Below, in pieces: positions 55,588 to 64,000 of a DNA stretch of 64,000 bases (positions are counted from its first letter, which is position 1; every line of letters starts with the position of its first letter). Below the pieces are notes generated by a model. The model was not told the DNA's origin and searched no databases. It saw only the letters and a program-made list of their open reading frames with translations. A program made the position numbers and the translations under genes. Source of the stretch: Candidatus Micrarchaeota archaeon. GTDB taxonomy: Archaea > Micrarchaeota > Micrarchaeia > Norongarragalinales > SBBD01. The stretch lies in assembly GCA_043806595.1 (NCBI GenBank), contig JAZDGU010000018.1, positions 1,400 to 65,399 on the forward strand, read 5' to 3'.

Positions 55588-56439
55588 TCAGAGGGACAGA
55601 CCGATTACCCCGGCAACGACTAAAAAGATTCCGATGTACTGGTTTGCCTCAAGACGCTCGCGGTAGAGGGAGCGCGCGAGCACGGCGACGACGAACGGGT
55701 GGCAGGCGGAAACCGCGGTGACGAGGGACGCGAGGGACAGCCTGAGGCCGTAGGCGTAGGAGAGGTTCGCTACGGAGAATAGGAGGCTCATGAGGAGCGC
55801 GGGAAGGAGCGAGGAGGCCTTGGGCTCCTGCCGGCGTCTCGACCGCCAGAAGAGATAATAGGCGGGAATGCCGCCGAGGAGGAGGAAGAAGTATGCGCCG
55901 GCGGGGCCGACGGACACGGAAATCGGCTTGAGGAGGGAATAGGCGACGCCGTATGCAAGGGCGGAGGCCAAGGCCATCTTTGCCCCGGCGACGGGCTTGT
56001 TGGAGGAAAGGCGCTTGCTCAGCTCCGACCACTTGAAGGAGATTAGGATGGTGCCTGCGATCACGACGCCGATGAGAAGGAACTGGAGGGCGGAAAGCGA
56101 TTCGTGGAAGAACAGCACCGAGATTGCCACGACGGGCACGGCGAAGGACGCGGTGATGGGGCTTACGACGCTGACGTCGCCCTTGGAGAGCGCAAGGAAG
56201 TAGGCGACGTTCGCGGCGGTGAAGAATGCGAGGCTGACGAGTATCAACTGAAGGACTCCGGCGGAAGGGAGCGCGGGCGGGAAGAACGCGAACGCAACGA
56301 AATAAAAGAAAACGCCCGAGGCCGCGGAGAAAAGGAGGGTTGTGGCGGGACCTAACCTGCGCGTGACTCGGGAGCCGACGATGTCCGAGAGGGCCCAGCC
56401 GAGCGCGGCAAGCAGGCCGAAGAGGATGCCCAGGTCCAT
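55588..56439 (-). CDS. EamA/DMT family transporter
   Basis: 10 TM helices with a duplicated EamA architecture. Confidence 0.75.
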   Translation of the reverse strand: MDLGILFGLLAALGWALSDIVGSRVTRRLGPATTLLFSAASGVFFYFVAFAFFPPALPSAGVLQLILVSLAFFTAANVAYFLALSKGDVSVVSPITASFAVPVVAISVLFFHESLSALQFLLIGVVIAGTILISFKWSELSKRLSSNKPVAGAKMALASALAYGVAYSLLKPISVSVGPAGAYFFLLLGGIPAYYLFWRSRRRQEPKASSLLPALLMSLLFSVANLSYAYGLRLSLASLVTAVSACHPFVVAVLARSLYRERLEANQYIGIFLVVAGVIGLSL

Positions 56440-56448
56440 GTCGGCAGA

Positions 56449-57096
56449 CTAAGCGCGCGCGGCTTTTATTACCACCACCTCCTCGAAGAAGAATCTGCGC
56501 GAGGCGGCGATTTCCGCGCAATAGCCGCGGGATTCGAGGAAGCGGACGGATTTTTCGAAGCGCGCGAGGCTGCTGTCCACGAGAAGCATGACGCCGTCCG
56601 CGGCAAGATGGCTGGGGAATTCTTTGAGAAAGCGGTCGGTGACTTTCCTGCCGGAGGGGCCGCCGTCGAGGGCGGAATTCAATGCGCCAGCAACCCTGTC
56701 AACGCGAGACGTCGGCAGGTACGGAGGGTTGAAGGCAATCGTATCAAATGGCTCGCCGCCGAGGCCGGAGAAGAGGTCGGACCGGATGAAGGAATTGGGA
56801 AGGGGAATGCGGTTGGAGGAGGCGTTGAACTGGGCGCAGGAAACGGCGAGCGGGCTGATGTCCGCAAAGGAGACGGAGGACACCTTCGGGGACCTCGAGG
56901 CGGTGATGCCCTGCATGCCCGTGCCGCAGCCGAGGTCGAGGAAGCGGCCGGAGGCGAGGCGCGCGACCGCGGAGGCGAGAAGCTCGGAGTCCTCGCGCGG
57001 GCCGTAGACGCCGGGAAAGACCGCGAGCGTGATGCCTGCGAAGTCAAGGGCGCCGATGGCGGACGCGTCGTCCCGCTTTGCTTCTTGGGAGTGCAT
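56449..57096 (-). CDS. Protein N5-glutamine methyltransferase (HemK/Mtq2-like)
   Basis: Motif I LDLGCGTGMQG and catalytic NPPY (FNPPYLP). Confidence 0.7.
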   Translation of the reverse strand: MHSQEAKRDDASAIGALDFAGITLAVFPGVYGPREDSELLASAVARLASGRFLDLGCGTGMQGITASRSPKVSSVSFADISPLAVSCAQFNASSNRIPLPNSFIRSDLFSGLGGEPFDTIAFNPPYLPTSRVDRVAGALNSALDGGPSGRKVTDRFLKEFPSHLAADGVMLLVDSSLARFEKSVRFLESRGYCAEIAASRRFFFEEVVVIKAARA

Positions 57097-57598
57097 AATA
57101 GTACCAGAGGGCGTAGAAGGTGACGATGCCGACGACGAGCGAAGCGCGGAAGAGGACGTCGTGCAGGAGCGCAGACCACAAGAGGTCGCTTGAGGAGAAC
57201 GCGCGCAGCGTCAGCGCGATGCGGAGCGCGTTGAAGGCGAAGAGGAAGGCCGCGCCGGCGAGGAAGCCCTTGAGCCTGTAGGCGAGGGGCTTCTCGAAGG
57301 AGGCGAAGACGATGCCGAAGAGAACGGCGAGCTCGAGCTTGGCGCTGCAGAGGTCGACGAATTCCGCGGAAAAACCGCCCAGATCGAGGACGGGAAAGCC
57401 GCCGGAAACGGCGAGCAGGGAGGGGATGCCGAAGAGGAGGCCGAGGAGCTGCTGGCCGGACCACGCCGCGAAGAGGTTGAGCTCGCGCACGGGCTGGAGC
57501 AGGAAAAAAGCGGGCAGGAAGAGCGCTAAGAATAGCGCAATGAATTTAAAGCCGGCCAGCAAAGGATTAATCCCGCGCGGCTTATTCGAGCGAGTCAT
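57044..57598 (-). CDS. Polytopic membrane protein, possible archaeosortase/exosortase-family member
   Basis: 5-6 TM. Cys in FVDLCSAKLE and a downstream FNALRIALT (Cys...Asn-x-x-Arg order as in exosortases). Short for the family. Its 3' end overlaps the methyltransferase gene by ~53 nt (co-directional), slightly more than usual; one boundary may be mis-called. Confidence 0.35.
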   Translation of the reverse strand: MTRSNKPRGINPLLAGFKFIALFLALFLPAFFLLQPVRELNLFAAWSGQQLLGLLFGIPSLLAVSGGFPVLDLGGFSAEFVDLCSAKLELAVLFGIVFASFEKPLAYRLKGFLAGAAFLFAFNALRIALTLRAFSSSDLLWSALLHDVLFRASLVVGIVTFYALWYYYALPRSKAGRRVRHRRP

Positions 57599-57668
57599 GT
57601 GGAACGCTAGGGGTTAAACCCCGCCATAATATAAGCCTTCGGCGGAATAAGGACCGAGTGTATAAGCT

Positions 57669-59027
57669 ATGAGGGGGCACGAAAAACAGAAAAAGAAGGG
57701 CCGCAGTCACTCCGCGGTGTTCGCGGTATGCATCGGCGCGGTCGCGCTCGCGGCGGTCTATTACGTCGCCACTTCCACGCTCACGAACTATATTAAGGTG
57801 CCCGGGCTGCTCGCCGTGCTCGTGGGAAGCGGGCTGGCCATGCAGAGGGTCGCGGGCCTCGAGGGCTCGTACGGCCTGCTGGTCTTCCGCGGCGAGCGAG
57901 GCTTCCGGGCCATGCGGTACGCAGCGGACAGGTATTCGGGCGCGGCGAGGTCCCTCGCGGACTTCGGGCTGAGCCTCGGGTTCGGGCTGCTGTATTCGTT
58001 CTACCTGTTCGGGAGGAAGGACTTCAAGAAGTTCCTCGCGCACGCGCTGGCGGTGACGGCGTTCTTCGTCATCGTCCAGCCTGGCGTTGCGAAGAACGTG
58101 GGGTTCATGCCGGAGCTCGTGTTCGTCTTCAACCTCGCGTTCGGGCTGCTCGCGTTCGGCGTGCAGAGCCTAGTGATACAGGGGACGAAGATCCTGACTT
58201 CCAACACCGCCCAGGCCGGGGCGTCGCTCATCATCCCGGGCATAACCATACCATGGGAGGGGCTCATCGCGCTCCTGATCGCGATTGTAGTGCACGAGGT
58301 CGCGCACGGCATACTGTGCATGGTCGAGAAGCTGGAAGTAAAGAACTCGGGCGCGGTGCTGTTCGGCGTGCTGCCAGTTGCGGCGTTCGTCGAGCCCGAC
58401 GAGGAGAAGATGAAGGGCCTCGAGATCCAGAAGAAAAGGAGGATACTCATCGCAGGGATAACATCCAATTTCTTCGTGTTCGTCGCGTTCCTGCTGATGG
58501 CGCAGGTGGCGGCGCTCGGGCTGAACGCGCAGGCCACGCACCCGACGGTGGTCAACGTCCTCGACTCGGGGACCGCGAACGGGATACTGCAGGAGAAGGA
58601 GATGCTGCTCGCCGTCAACGGAGTTGCTGTAAAGGACGTGGACGCGTTTGCAACCGAGATGAAGAAGGTGTCGGAAGGCGGCAGGGCAGTGCTTTCCACG
58701 TCCCTCGGCGAGAAGGAAGTCGTAGTGGGAAAGGACCACAAGATTGGGATAAACGTCTCCGACCTCCCGCCCGCGGGCGGCTCGCTGTCCTACGGGATAA
58801 CGGCATTCCTCTTCATCGTGTTCAACCTCACGGCGCTAATCAACTTCGCGCTCGCCACGATAAACCTGCTGCCCATATTCTTCACCGACGGGTACAGGCT
58901 GGTCTTCGAGGAGGCGAGGCTCGTCTTCCCGTCCGCTGACGACGTGAAGGCCAAGCGCATCGCGATGGCCGCCGGCGCGGTAAGCGTGCTGCTCCTCGTG
59001 ATAAACTTCCTGCCCAACTTCCGCTGA
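57669..59027 (+). CDS. Site-2 protease (M50, RseP-like) with PDZ domain
   Basis: HEVAHG zinc motif, PDZ region (LAVNGVAVKDVDAF), and C-terminal NLLPIFFTDG (LDG motif). Confidence 0.85.
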   Translation: MRGHEKQKKKGRSHSAVFAVCIGAVALAAVYYVATSTLTNYIKVPGLLAVLVGSGLAMQRVAGLEGSYGLLVFRGERGFRAMRYAADRYSGAARSLADFGLSLGFGLLYSFYLFGRKDFKKFLAHALAVTAFFVIVQPGVAKNVGFMPELVFVFNLAFGLLAFGVQSLVIQGTKILTSNTAQAGASLIIPGITIPWEGLIALLIAIVVHEVAHGILCMVEKLEVKNSGAVLFGVLPVAAFVEPDEEKMKGLEIQKKRRILIAGITSNFFVFVAFLLMAQVAALGLNAQATHPTVVNVLDSGTANGILQEKEMLLAVNGVAVKDVDAFATEMKKVSEGGRAVLSTSLGEKEVVVGKDHKIGINVSDLPPAGGSLSYGITAFLFIVFNLTALINFALATINLLPIFFTDGYRLVFEEARLVFPSADDVKAKRIAMAAGAVSVLLLVINFLPNFR

Positions 59028-59059
59028 ACTTCTCATCACTCTTTGGACGGAATACCCAA

Positions 59060-59872
59060 TTAGTGCCGGCCGCCATAGCGGGTCCTGCGGCCCCCGGCCG
59101 CATGCACCCGAATGCCGATGCCCTCGCCCTCGAGAAACCGCCGTGCGTGGTCGGAAAGGCCCCCGCCGAGCACCAATTCATGTAGCGTGGCGCGCCCCCG
59201 CGGCGTGTAATACACTACCTGACCGTGCTCGCTGTCGTTCACAAAAACCGCGCGCCTGTTCTTGAAGTAAACCGGGATGACCGTGGAAGGATTCAGATCG
59301 GACGACGGAACTACGGAAAAGGATTGGTCGCGGTCCGAGGGAAGGACAATGTCCTCGCAAACCCGGCCCTCGAACTCGCGGTCGGAGACGCTGATGCGGA
59401 TGAAGGGCTTCGAACGCATCCGGTTACCCCGACGCTCCCAGTGAGAAACGGCCTTGCCCAAAACCCCCGGCGTCGACGGGAGCGAATCGTAGACAGGGCT
59501 TCTGTCCGCGTCAGCGAACCTGCGTTTGGGCTGCATGCCAATGCCATGGGGGGACACTGCGTAGAGAACGGAGGAAAGGGCGGGAAAACGGCCGTGGGAA
59601 GGCTGCGGTTTGGAGAAGCGCTCGCGGAGAACGAAGAACGCGTGCGCATCACCGTGCGAGCGCAGCACCGACTGGATGCGGGCAACCCCGGTTTTTGCCA
59701 GGGAATGCGGCATCCGGTGGCGCAAGCCGAGCGCGTCCTCGGAAAGGACGAACACGTGGGACTGGGCGAGTGCAAGCGAAGGCAGCGTCCTTTCCAAAAA
59801 GCGCTGGAAAGAGCGGAGGTTGGGGAAATTTCCGCTTACAAGGTGAACGACAACCGGCGGCTCAGCAGACAT
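59060..59872 (-). CDS. Putative metallophosphoesterase, PdeM-like but with degenerate motifs
   Basis: HVFVLSEDALGL and SHGDAHAFFV align loosely to the PdeM DLHLGK and GDLFH motifs. Start at MSAEPP. Tightly coupled to the upstream exonuclease gene. Confidence 0.35.
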   Translation of the reverse strand: MSAEPPVVVHLVSGNFPNLRSFQRFLERTLPSLALAQSHVFVLSEDALGLRHRMPHSLAKTGVARIQSVLRSHGDAHAFFVLRERFSKPQPSHGRFPALSSVLYAVSPHGIGMQPKRRFADADRSPVYDSLPSTPGVLGKAVSHWERRGNRMRSKPFIRISVSDREFEGRVCEDIVLPSDRDQSFSVVPSSDLNPSTVIPVYFKNRRAVFVNDSEHGQVVYYTPRGRATLHELVLGGGLSDHARRFLEGEGIGIRVHAAGGRRTRYGGRH

Positions 59873-59876
59873 GGAA

Positions 59877-60899
59877 TCACGCGAACTCGACGAGCGCCTG
59901 CGCCTGTTGCGAGGAGATTTCCTCCAGCGGGTGCGCGTTGAAGCCCCGGCGGCGCAGCTCCTTGGCGAACAAGCGGTTGTAGCCGAACGCGCAGACCACG
60001 CGCGAGGGCCGCGCGAGCTCGACGTATTCGACGAGGTCCGAGAAGCCGGCATGGTCGGAAAGGCAGAACGCGGCGTGCGCCTGGGGCGTGCGGCCGACGA
60101 GGCTCCAGCCCGAGGCGACGCCGACGCTTACCCCGCGGCCGTAGAACTCGGAAAGCGACTGGGCGAGCGGCAGGTTCACCTTCTGGTAGGGGTAGACGGC
60201 GACGAACTGGCGCTTGAGCATCCCGCTGCCTTCCGCGGAGTTCTCGCCGACGAAGCGAAGCGGAACGCCGTGGCGGCGGTAGACTTCGGAAATCTTGCCG
60301 ACGCTGGAATCGACGACGGGCGTGATGCCGTTGTAGTCGTTGAGCAGCCTGACGAGCTCCTGCGCCTTGCCGAGGGAATAGCCGCCGAGAATGACGGAAT
60401 TGCCTCGCTTGAACTCGCCGGAGACCCATGAGGAGATTTCCTCCGCGACCGTGTCGGCAGAAGGGAACTCGAACTGGGGCATGCCGTATGTGCACTCCAT
60501 GAGGAGAGTGTCGCACTCACGGACCTCGGCGCCCTTCTGTGTAAGGGAGTCGCGGAGCTTGAAGTCGCCGGTGAAGACGAAGGAGGAGCCGTTCTCTATA
60601 TAGAGCTGGCGCGAGCCGAGGATGTGGCCCGCGTTGAGAAGCTCTACCTTGGCGGAATCGTGTTTGACGGTGGAGACTACTGCGGCGGATTTCGGGGCGC
60701 AGCCGCGGGCGTGCATTAGGTCGAGGGTCTCCCATGAGGCGAGGAGCGTCTTCGTTTTCCTGGCGCCGGAGACGTGGTCGGAGTGGGCGTGGGAGACGAA
60801 CGCGGTCTCGCCGCCGCAGTCGAGGCCGATGCGGTGCCGGCCGAGGCGGAAGTAGGGACGGTTGGACTCCGCGGCGAGCATGAGGCAGTTACGCGGCAC
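59877..60899 (-). CDS. MBL-fold beta-CASP nuclease (ligase-associated DNA-damage-response exonuclease-like)
   Basis: HAHSDH motif, a beta-CASP-sized insertion, and C-terminal CLSDHAGF (motif C). Confidence 0.55.
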   Translation of the reverse strand: MPRNCLMLAAESNRPYFRLGRHRIGLDCGGETAFVSHAHSDHVSGARKTKTLLASWETLDLMHARGCAPKSAAVVSTVKHDSAKVELLNAGHILGSRQLYIENGSSFVFTGDFKLRDSLTQKGAEVRECDTLLMECTYGMPQFEFPSADTVAEEISSWVSGEFKRGNSVILGGYSLGKAQELVRLLNDYNGITPVVDSSVGKISEVYRRHGVPLRFVGENSAEGSGMLKRQFVAVYPYQKVNLPLAQSLSEFYGRGVSVGVASGWSLVGRTPQAHAAFCLSDHAGFSDLVEYVELARPSRVVCAFGYNRLFAKELRRRGFNAHPLEEISSQQAQALVEFA

Positions 60900-60943
60900 T
60901 GGTTAAAAAACGTGACGAATCGGCGGGGTAAAGAATGGGCCGA

Positions 60944-61129
60944 TCACTCAACCGCGTCCCTGAGTTTCTCCGCGACGTCCTCCTTGAAACCCGTGATGGT
61001 CACCACGTGTTCCCGGCCGCGGTCCATCTTGTAGGAAACGTTCAAAGGCTTTCTTCTGCGCGCGAGCTTGCGGGCGATGTCCGGATGCGTCAAGGCGGTG
61101 CGCAATGAATTGAAGTGGGATTCAACCAT
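60944..61129 (-). CDS. Small ORF (61 aa) MVESHFNSLRTALTHPDIARKLARRRKPLNVSYKMDRGREHVVTITGFKEDVAEKLRDAVE
   Basis: Only the 3' part of track ORF 60944..61984 is plausible. The remainder is antisense to the SpoIIM-like gene. Confidence 0.2.
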   Translation of the reverse strand: MVESHFNSLRTALTHPDIARKLARRRKPLNVSYKMDRGREHVVTITGFKEDVAEKLRDAVE

Positions 61130-61382
61130 ATGGGAATAGGGGATTTCGGATGATTGGAAACGAAGGACTAGACTGCCGGGCTCCGCGCGCCAATTGCTGA
61201 AACCGCCGTGCCTCTGCAAGCGGGAGATGAACGCGTCGCGGTGGAACAGTCGGAGGGCGCGTGCGGCGTTGGAAAAAGAAGCTTGCTCCTCCAAGGGGCG
61301 AGTGAGGCGGAGGCGGGGAAGGCGGACCATGGGAAGAAAAAGGGGAAGAAGATTAAAAAGGCTGGGATGAGAATAGGAGGGC

Positions 61383-62258
61383 ATGGTACTCGAGGCGATG
61401 GTGACGCCGGGCAAGGCCGAGAAGAACCCGCTGTTCATCATCCTGCTGGGGTTCCTGTTCGTGACGGTGAGCGTCTGGCTCTCGATGAACGTGCTCGACA
61501 TAGAGCCCAAGAGCATGATAATGATCATGTTCGTCGTCATCCCCGCGCTGCCGTTCACGCTGTCGCTGTTCCAGGAGGACGAGGAGATTCTGGAGCACGA
61601 GAAGGTGCTCGGCAGTAGGACGCTCGCGAAGCACTTCTCGACGCTCATCGTACTGCTCGCGCTCTTCCTCGGGCTGATAATCGGGTTCGCGTTCTGGTAT
61701 CTCGCGCTGCCGGCGCCCGAGGCCGAGAAGCTGTTCAGCCAGCAGATTAGCGAGCTGAAGGGCATTAAGGCCATCGGGGGGACGCTCGGAGGCAGGGTAA
61801 TCGCGCTCGTTGAGAGGTCCACGGGGCTCGCGGTCTCGACGAGCTTCGCGCCGACGTTCGAGTTCATCTTCATGCACAACCTGTGGGTGCTGTTCCTCAT
61901 CATCGCGTTCTCCGTGGTGTACGGAGCGGGGTCGATATTCGTAATCGTGTGGAACGCGAGCGTCGTCGGGGTGTTCCTCGGCAACTTCGCCCAGCAGTAC
62001 GTGCTGCACTCGACGGCCTACAACCTCGCCGGCGGCGTCGGCCTCGGAATACTCGGGCTGCTGCCGCACGGCACGTTCGAGCTGATGAGCTACAGCGTGG
62101 GGGCGCTCGCGGGAGGAGTGCTGAGCACCGCGCTCGTCAAGGGCAACTTCAGCTACAGGTTCATGGAGATCCTGCGCGACATCGCGAAGATGATCGCGTG
62201 GGCGGTGGTGCTGCTCGCCATCGGGGCGCTTATAGAGAGCAAGGCCATCATTTTCTAG
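61383..62258 (+). CDS. SpoIIM/DUF95-family membrane protein
   Basis: 6 TM, with FIFMHNLWVLFL and GLLPHGTFELMSYSVGALAG conserved blocks. Confidence 0.55.
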   Translation: MVLEAMVTPGKAEKNPLFIILLGFLFVTVSVWLSMNVLDIEPKSMIMIMFVVIPALPFTLSLFQEDEEILEHEKVLGSRTLAKHFSTLIVLLALFLGLIIGFAFWYLALPAPEAEKLFSQQISELKGIKAIGGTLGGRVIALVERSTGLAVSTSFAPTFEFIFMHNLWVLFLIIAFSVVYGAGSIFVIVWNASVVGVFLGNFAQQYVLHSTAYNLAGGVGLGILGLLPHGTFELMSYSVGALAGGVLSTALVKGNFSYRFMEILRDIAKMIAWAVVLLAIGALIESKAIIF

Positions 62259-62334
62259 CGCCGGCGGGGGGGGGAATAAGAAATACTTTTAAAGGCGCGC
62301 GCAGACAACCATTTCGAGTTTCGGGGGAGCAGAC

Positions 62335-63021
62335 ATGAGACTGAAGAGCCTGGCCATAATTCCGGACGGCAACAGGCGGTTCGCGGCAAAGAACGGGCTG
62401 GCGGTGCGAAAGGCCTACGCGCGCGGATTCGAGAAGGTGCAGGAGGTCCTAAACTGGACTGAAGGAACGGGCATCGAGGAGGTCAGCTTCTGGGCGCTCT
62501 CGCTCGAGAACTACGGGAAGCGCAGCTCCGCCGAACTCCGCGTGCTGTTCTCGTTCATTTCCAAGTACATCGACAAGGCGCTCCAGCGCGGCGAATTTAA
62601 GAATAAGGGAATCGCCGTGCGGTTCTTCGGAAAGCTCGACCTCCTGCCTGAGTCTCTGCGCGAGAAGATGCGCGGGCTCGAGGCGGAGACTTCGGCGGGC
62701 ACGCGAGCGATGAGCGTGGGACTGGCCTACTCGGGCAGGGAGGAGCTGCTGCAGGCCGCCAAGAGGGTGGCCGTGGACTTCAGCGGGAAGGACGCCAGCG
62801 GGATTACGGAGAGCGACTTCGAGAGGTACCTGTACGTGAGGACCGCGCCCGACCTCATCATCCGCACGGGGGACGTTTCGAGGCTGTCAGGGTTCATGCC
62901 GTGGCAGACCGCGTATTCGGAACTCTACTTCTGCAGCAGGCTCTGGCCGGAATTCCGGGAAGAAGACTTCAAGGACGCGCTGAAATTCTACGAATCAACG
63001 GAACGAAGGTTCGGGAAGTAG
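62335..63021 (+). CDS. uppS: Undecaprenyl-diphosphate synthase-type cis-prenyltransferase
   Basis: IIPDGNRRFA, RTGDVSRLSGFMPWQ and ELYF. Confidence 0.85.
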   Translation: MRLKSLAIIPDGNRRFAAKNGLAVRKAYARGFEKVQEVLNWTEGTGIEEVSFWALSLENYGKRSSAELRVLFSFISKYIDKALQRGEFKNKGIAVRFFGKLDLLPESLREKMRGLEAETSAGTRAMSVGLAYSGREELLQAAKRVAVDFSGKDASGITESDFERYLYVRTAPDLIIRTGDVSRLSGFMPWQTAYSELYFCSRLWPEFREEDFKDALKFYESTERRFGK

Positions 63022-63076
63022 CGGGCAGCGAAACCGGGGAGACGCGGTAGTATTCGTTTATGTGCAAGTGATTGCC

Positions 63077-64000
63077 ATGGAGGAAACCAGCGCTGGGGAA
63101 AAAACCGCGGCAAGCCGTGCGGAAGAGGTCCCTTGGAACGTCGGCGGCATCGAAGAGGAGGAGCTCAAGGCGCTACAGAAGGCCTCGAGGATTTCGAAGA
63201 GAATAATAAAATTCGCGCGCGAGGTCGCGGACAAGGAGAAGTCCCTGCTCCGCATGGCCGACCTCATCGAGGGAAAGGTCAAGGAGGAGGGCGGGGAATG
63301 CGCGTTCCCGGCAAACCTGTCGCTCGCCGACGAGGCCGCGCACTACACTCCACAGGCCGACGACCCGGCGCTCGCGGGGGAGAAGGGGCTGCTGAAGGTG
63401 GACCTAGGGGTGTCCGTCGGGGGGTTCTGCACGGACTTCGCGTTCACCAAGGACTATTCTCACGAGAACGGGAAGATGGTGGACGCAGTCGAGGAGGCGC
63501 TGCAGAACGCGCTGAGCATGATGAAGGCCGGGACGCAGACTTCCGCCGTCGGCAAGGAAATCGAGAGGACAATCAAGGGCTACGGGTTCACGCCCATCGA
63601 AAACCTGTGCGGGCACTCGCTCGGGCAATACGACCTGCACGCCGGGGTTGAAATCCCGAACGTCGAGACCAAGGGCGGGTACGAGCTGCAGGAGGGAGAC
63701 GTGTTCGCCGTCGAGCCGTTCGCAAGCACGGGGGAAGGAAGGGTCGCGGAAGGCGAATACTGCCAGATTTACGCGCTCGCCGGCGAGAAAACTGCAGTCA
63801 GACTGCCGCGCAGCAGGGAACTAGTGGCCAAGATCGCCGAAGACCGGCTGACGCTGCCTTTCGCGGCGCGCTGGTACAAGGACTTCCCCATGCTCAACCT
63901 GAGCCTTCTGGACCTGGTGAAGAACGGCGCGCTCGAGGAGTTCCCGGTGCTCAAGGAGGCAAGGAAGGGCGCGCTTGTGAGCCAGGCGGAGACGTGCGTC
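63077..64000 (+). CDS. map: Methionine aminopeptidase type 2 (archaeal MAP), 3' end cut by window edge
   Basis: MEETSAGEK...ADEAAHYTP, DLGVSVGGFCTDFAFT and CGHSLGQYDLHAG, an M24 pita-bread fold with the type-2 insert. Confidence 0.85.
   Translation, partial: MEETSAGEKTAASRAEEVPWNVGGIEEEELKALQKASRISKRIIKFAREVADKEKSLLRMADLIEGKVKEEGGECAFPANLSLADEAAHYTPQADDPALAGEKGLLKVDLGVSVGGFCTDFAFTKDYSHENGKMVDAVEEALQNALSMMKAGTQTSAVGKEIERTIKGYGFTPIENLCGHSLGQYDLHAGVEIPNVETKGGYELQEGDVFAVEPFASTGEGRVAEGEYCQIYALAGEKTAVRLPRSRELVAKIAEDRLTLPFAARWYKDFPMLNLSLLDLVKNGALEEFPVLKEARKGALVSQAETCV

Noticed and set aside
60944-61984. 346-aa minus ORF
   Set aside because: Most of it is antisense to the SpoIIM-like gene (61383..62258), with a Ser/Thr-rich spurious translation. 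Only the last 61 codons were kept as a low-confidence small ORF.
1-64000. CRISPR arrays, rRNA genes, integrases and transposases
   Set aside because: No regularly spaced short repeats, no rRNA-like conserved stretches, and no recombinase or transposase ORFs were found on either strand. The AT-rich island therefore has no recognisable mobility gene.

Overview
High-GC (about 60-65%) archaeal chromosomal segment. The archaeal assignment rests on ribosomal protein S26e, an archaeal family-B DNA polymerase, membrane-type LonB, a type-2 methionine aminopeptidase and RNase Z. Most of the window is conserved housekeeping: ftsZ (partial), polB, serB, smc, a TtuA/NcsA-type tRNA thiolase, gpmA-like mutase, cyclophilin, tRNA-Val(CAC), S26e, LonB, RNase Z, MOFRL glycerate kinase, an FKBP lipoprotein, TldD, an SRAP/YedK peptidase, TspO, a MacB-type ABC efflux cluster, a site-2 protease, uppS and MAP2 (partial). 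There is an osmoadaptation-like block: otsA-otsB-treT flanked by three cation antiporters. Three gene pairs overlap by more than ~50 nt as called (4459..5151/5127..5831; 10884..11903/11812..12510; 56449..57096/57044..57598); that is unusual for real genes and at least one boundary in each pair is probably mis-called, although same-strand overlaps of <=~50 nt (e.g. 46620..47447 overlapping otsA by 46 nt) are normal operon coupling. The main accessory element is an AT-rich ~3 kb island (31.3-34.3 kb). It carries a tight three-gene operon: an HNH nuclease with a PUA/SRA-like N-domain, a MazG-like NTP pyrophosphatase, and a PD-(D/E)xK nuclease fused to a DUF2075 P-loop ATPase. This is a candidate, apparently undescribed, anti-virus defence module. 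It sits next to a decayed molybdopterin oxidoreductase gene. Other oddities: a sigma-70 region 2/4-like protein in an archaeon; an N-terminally truncated LonB; a conserved C-terminal tail peptide shared by a large PT-linker surface glycosidase-like protein and an unrelated RecA-like fragment, with an archaeosortase-like gene nearby; a diverged 75-bp direct repeat encoding paralogous peptides that flanks a secreted-protein cassette; a pair of 36-bp palindrome-containing direct repeats upstream of an archaeal ATPase gene; homopolymer-associated frameshifts; and a beta-CASP exonuclease plus a degenerate PdeM-like phosphoesterase pair. No rRNA or CRISPR array was seen.
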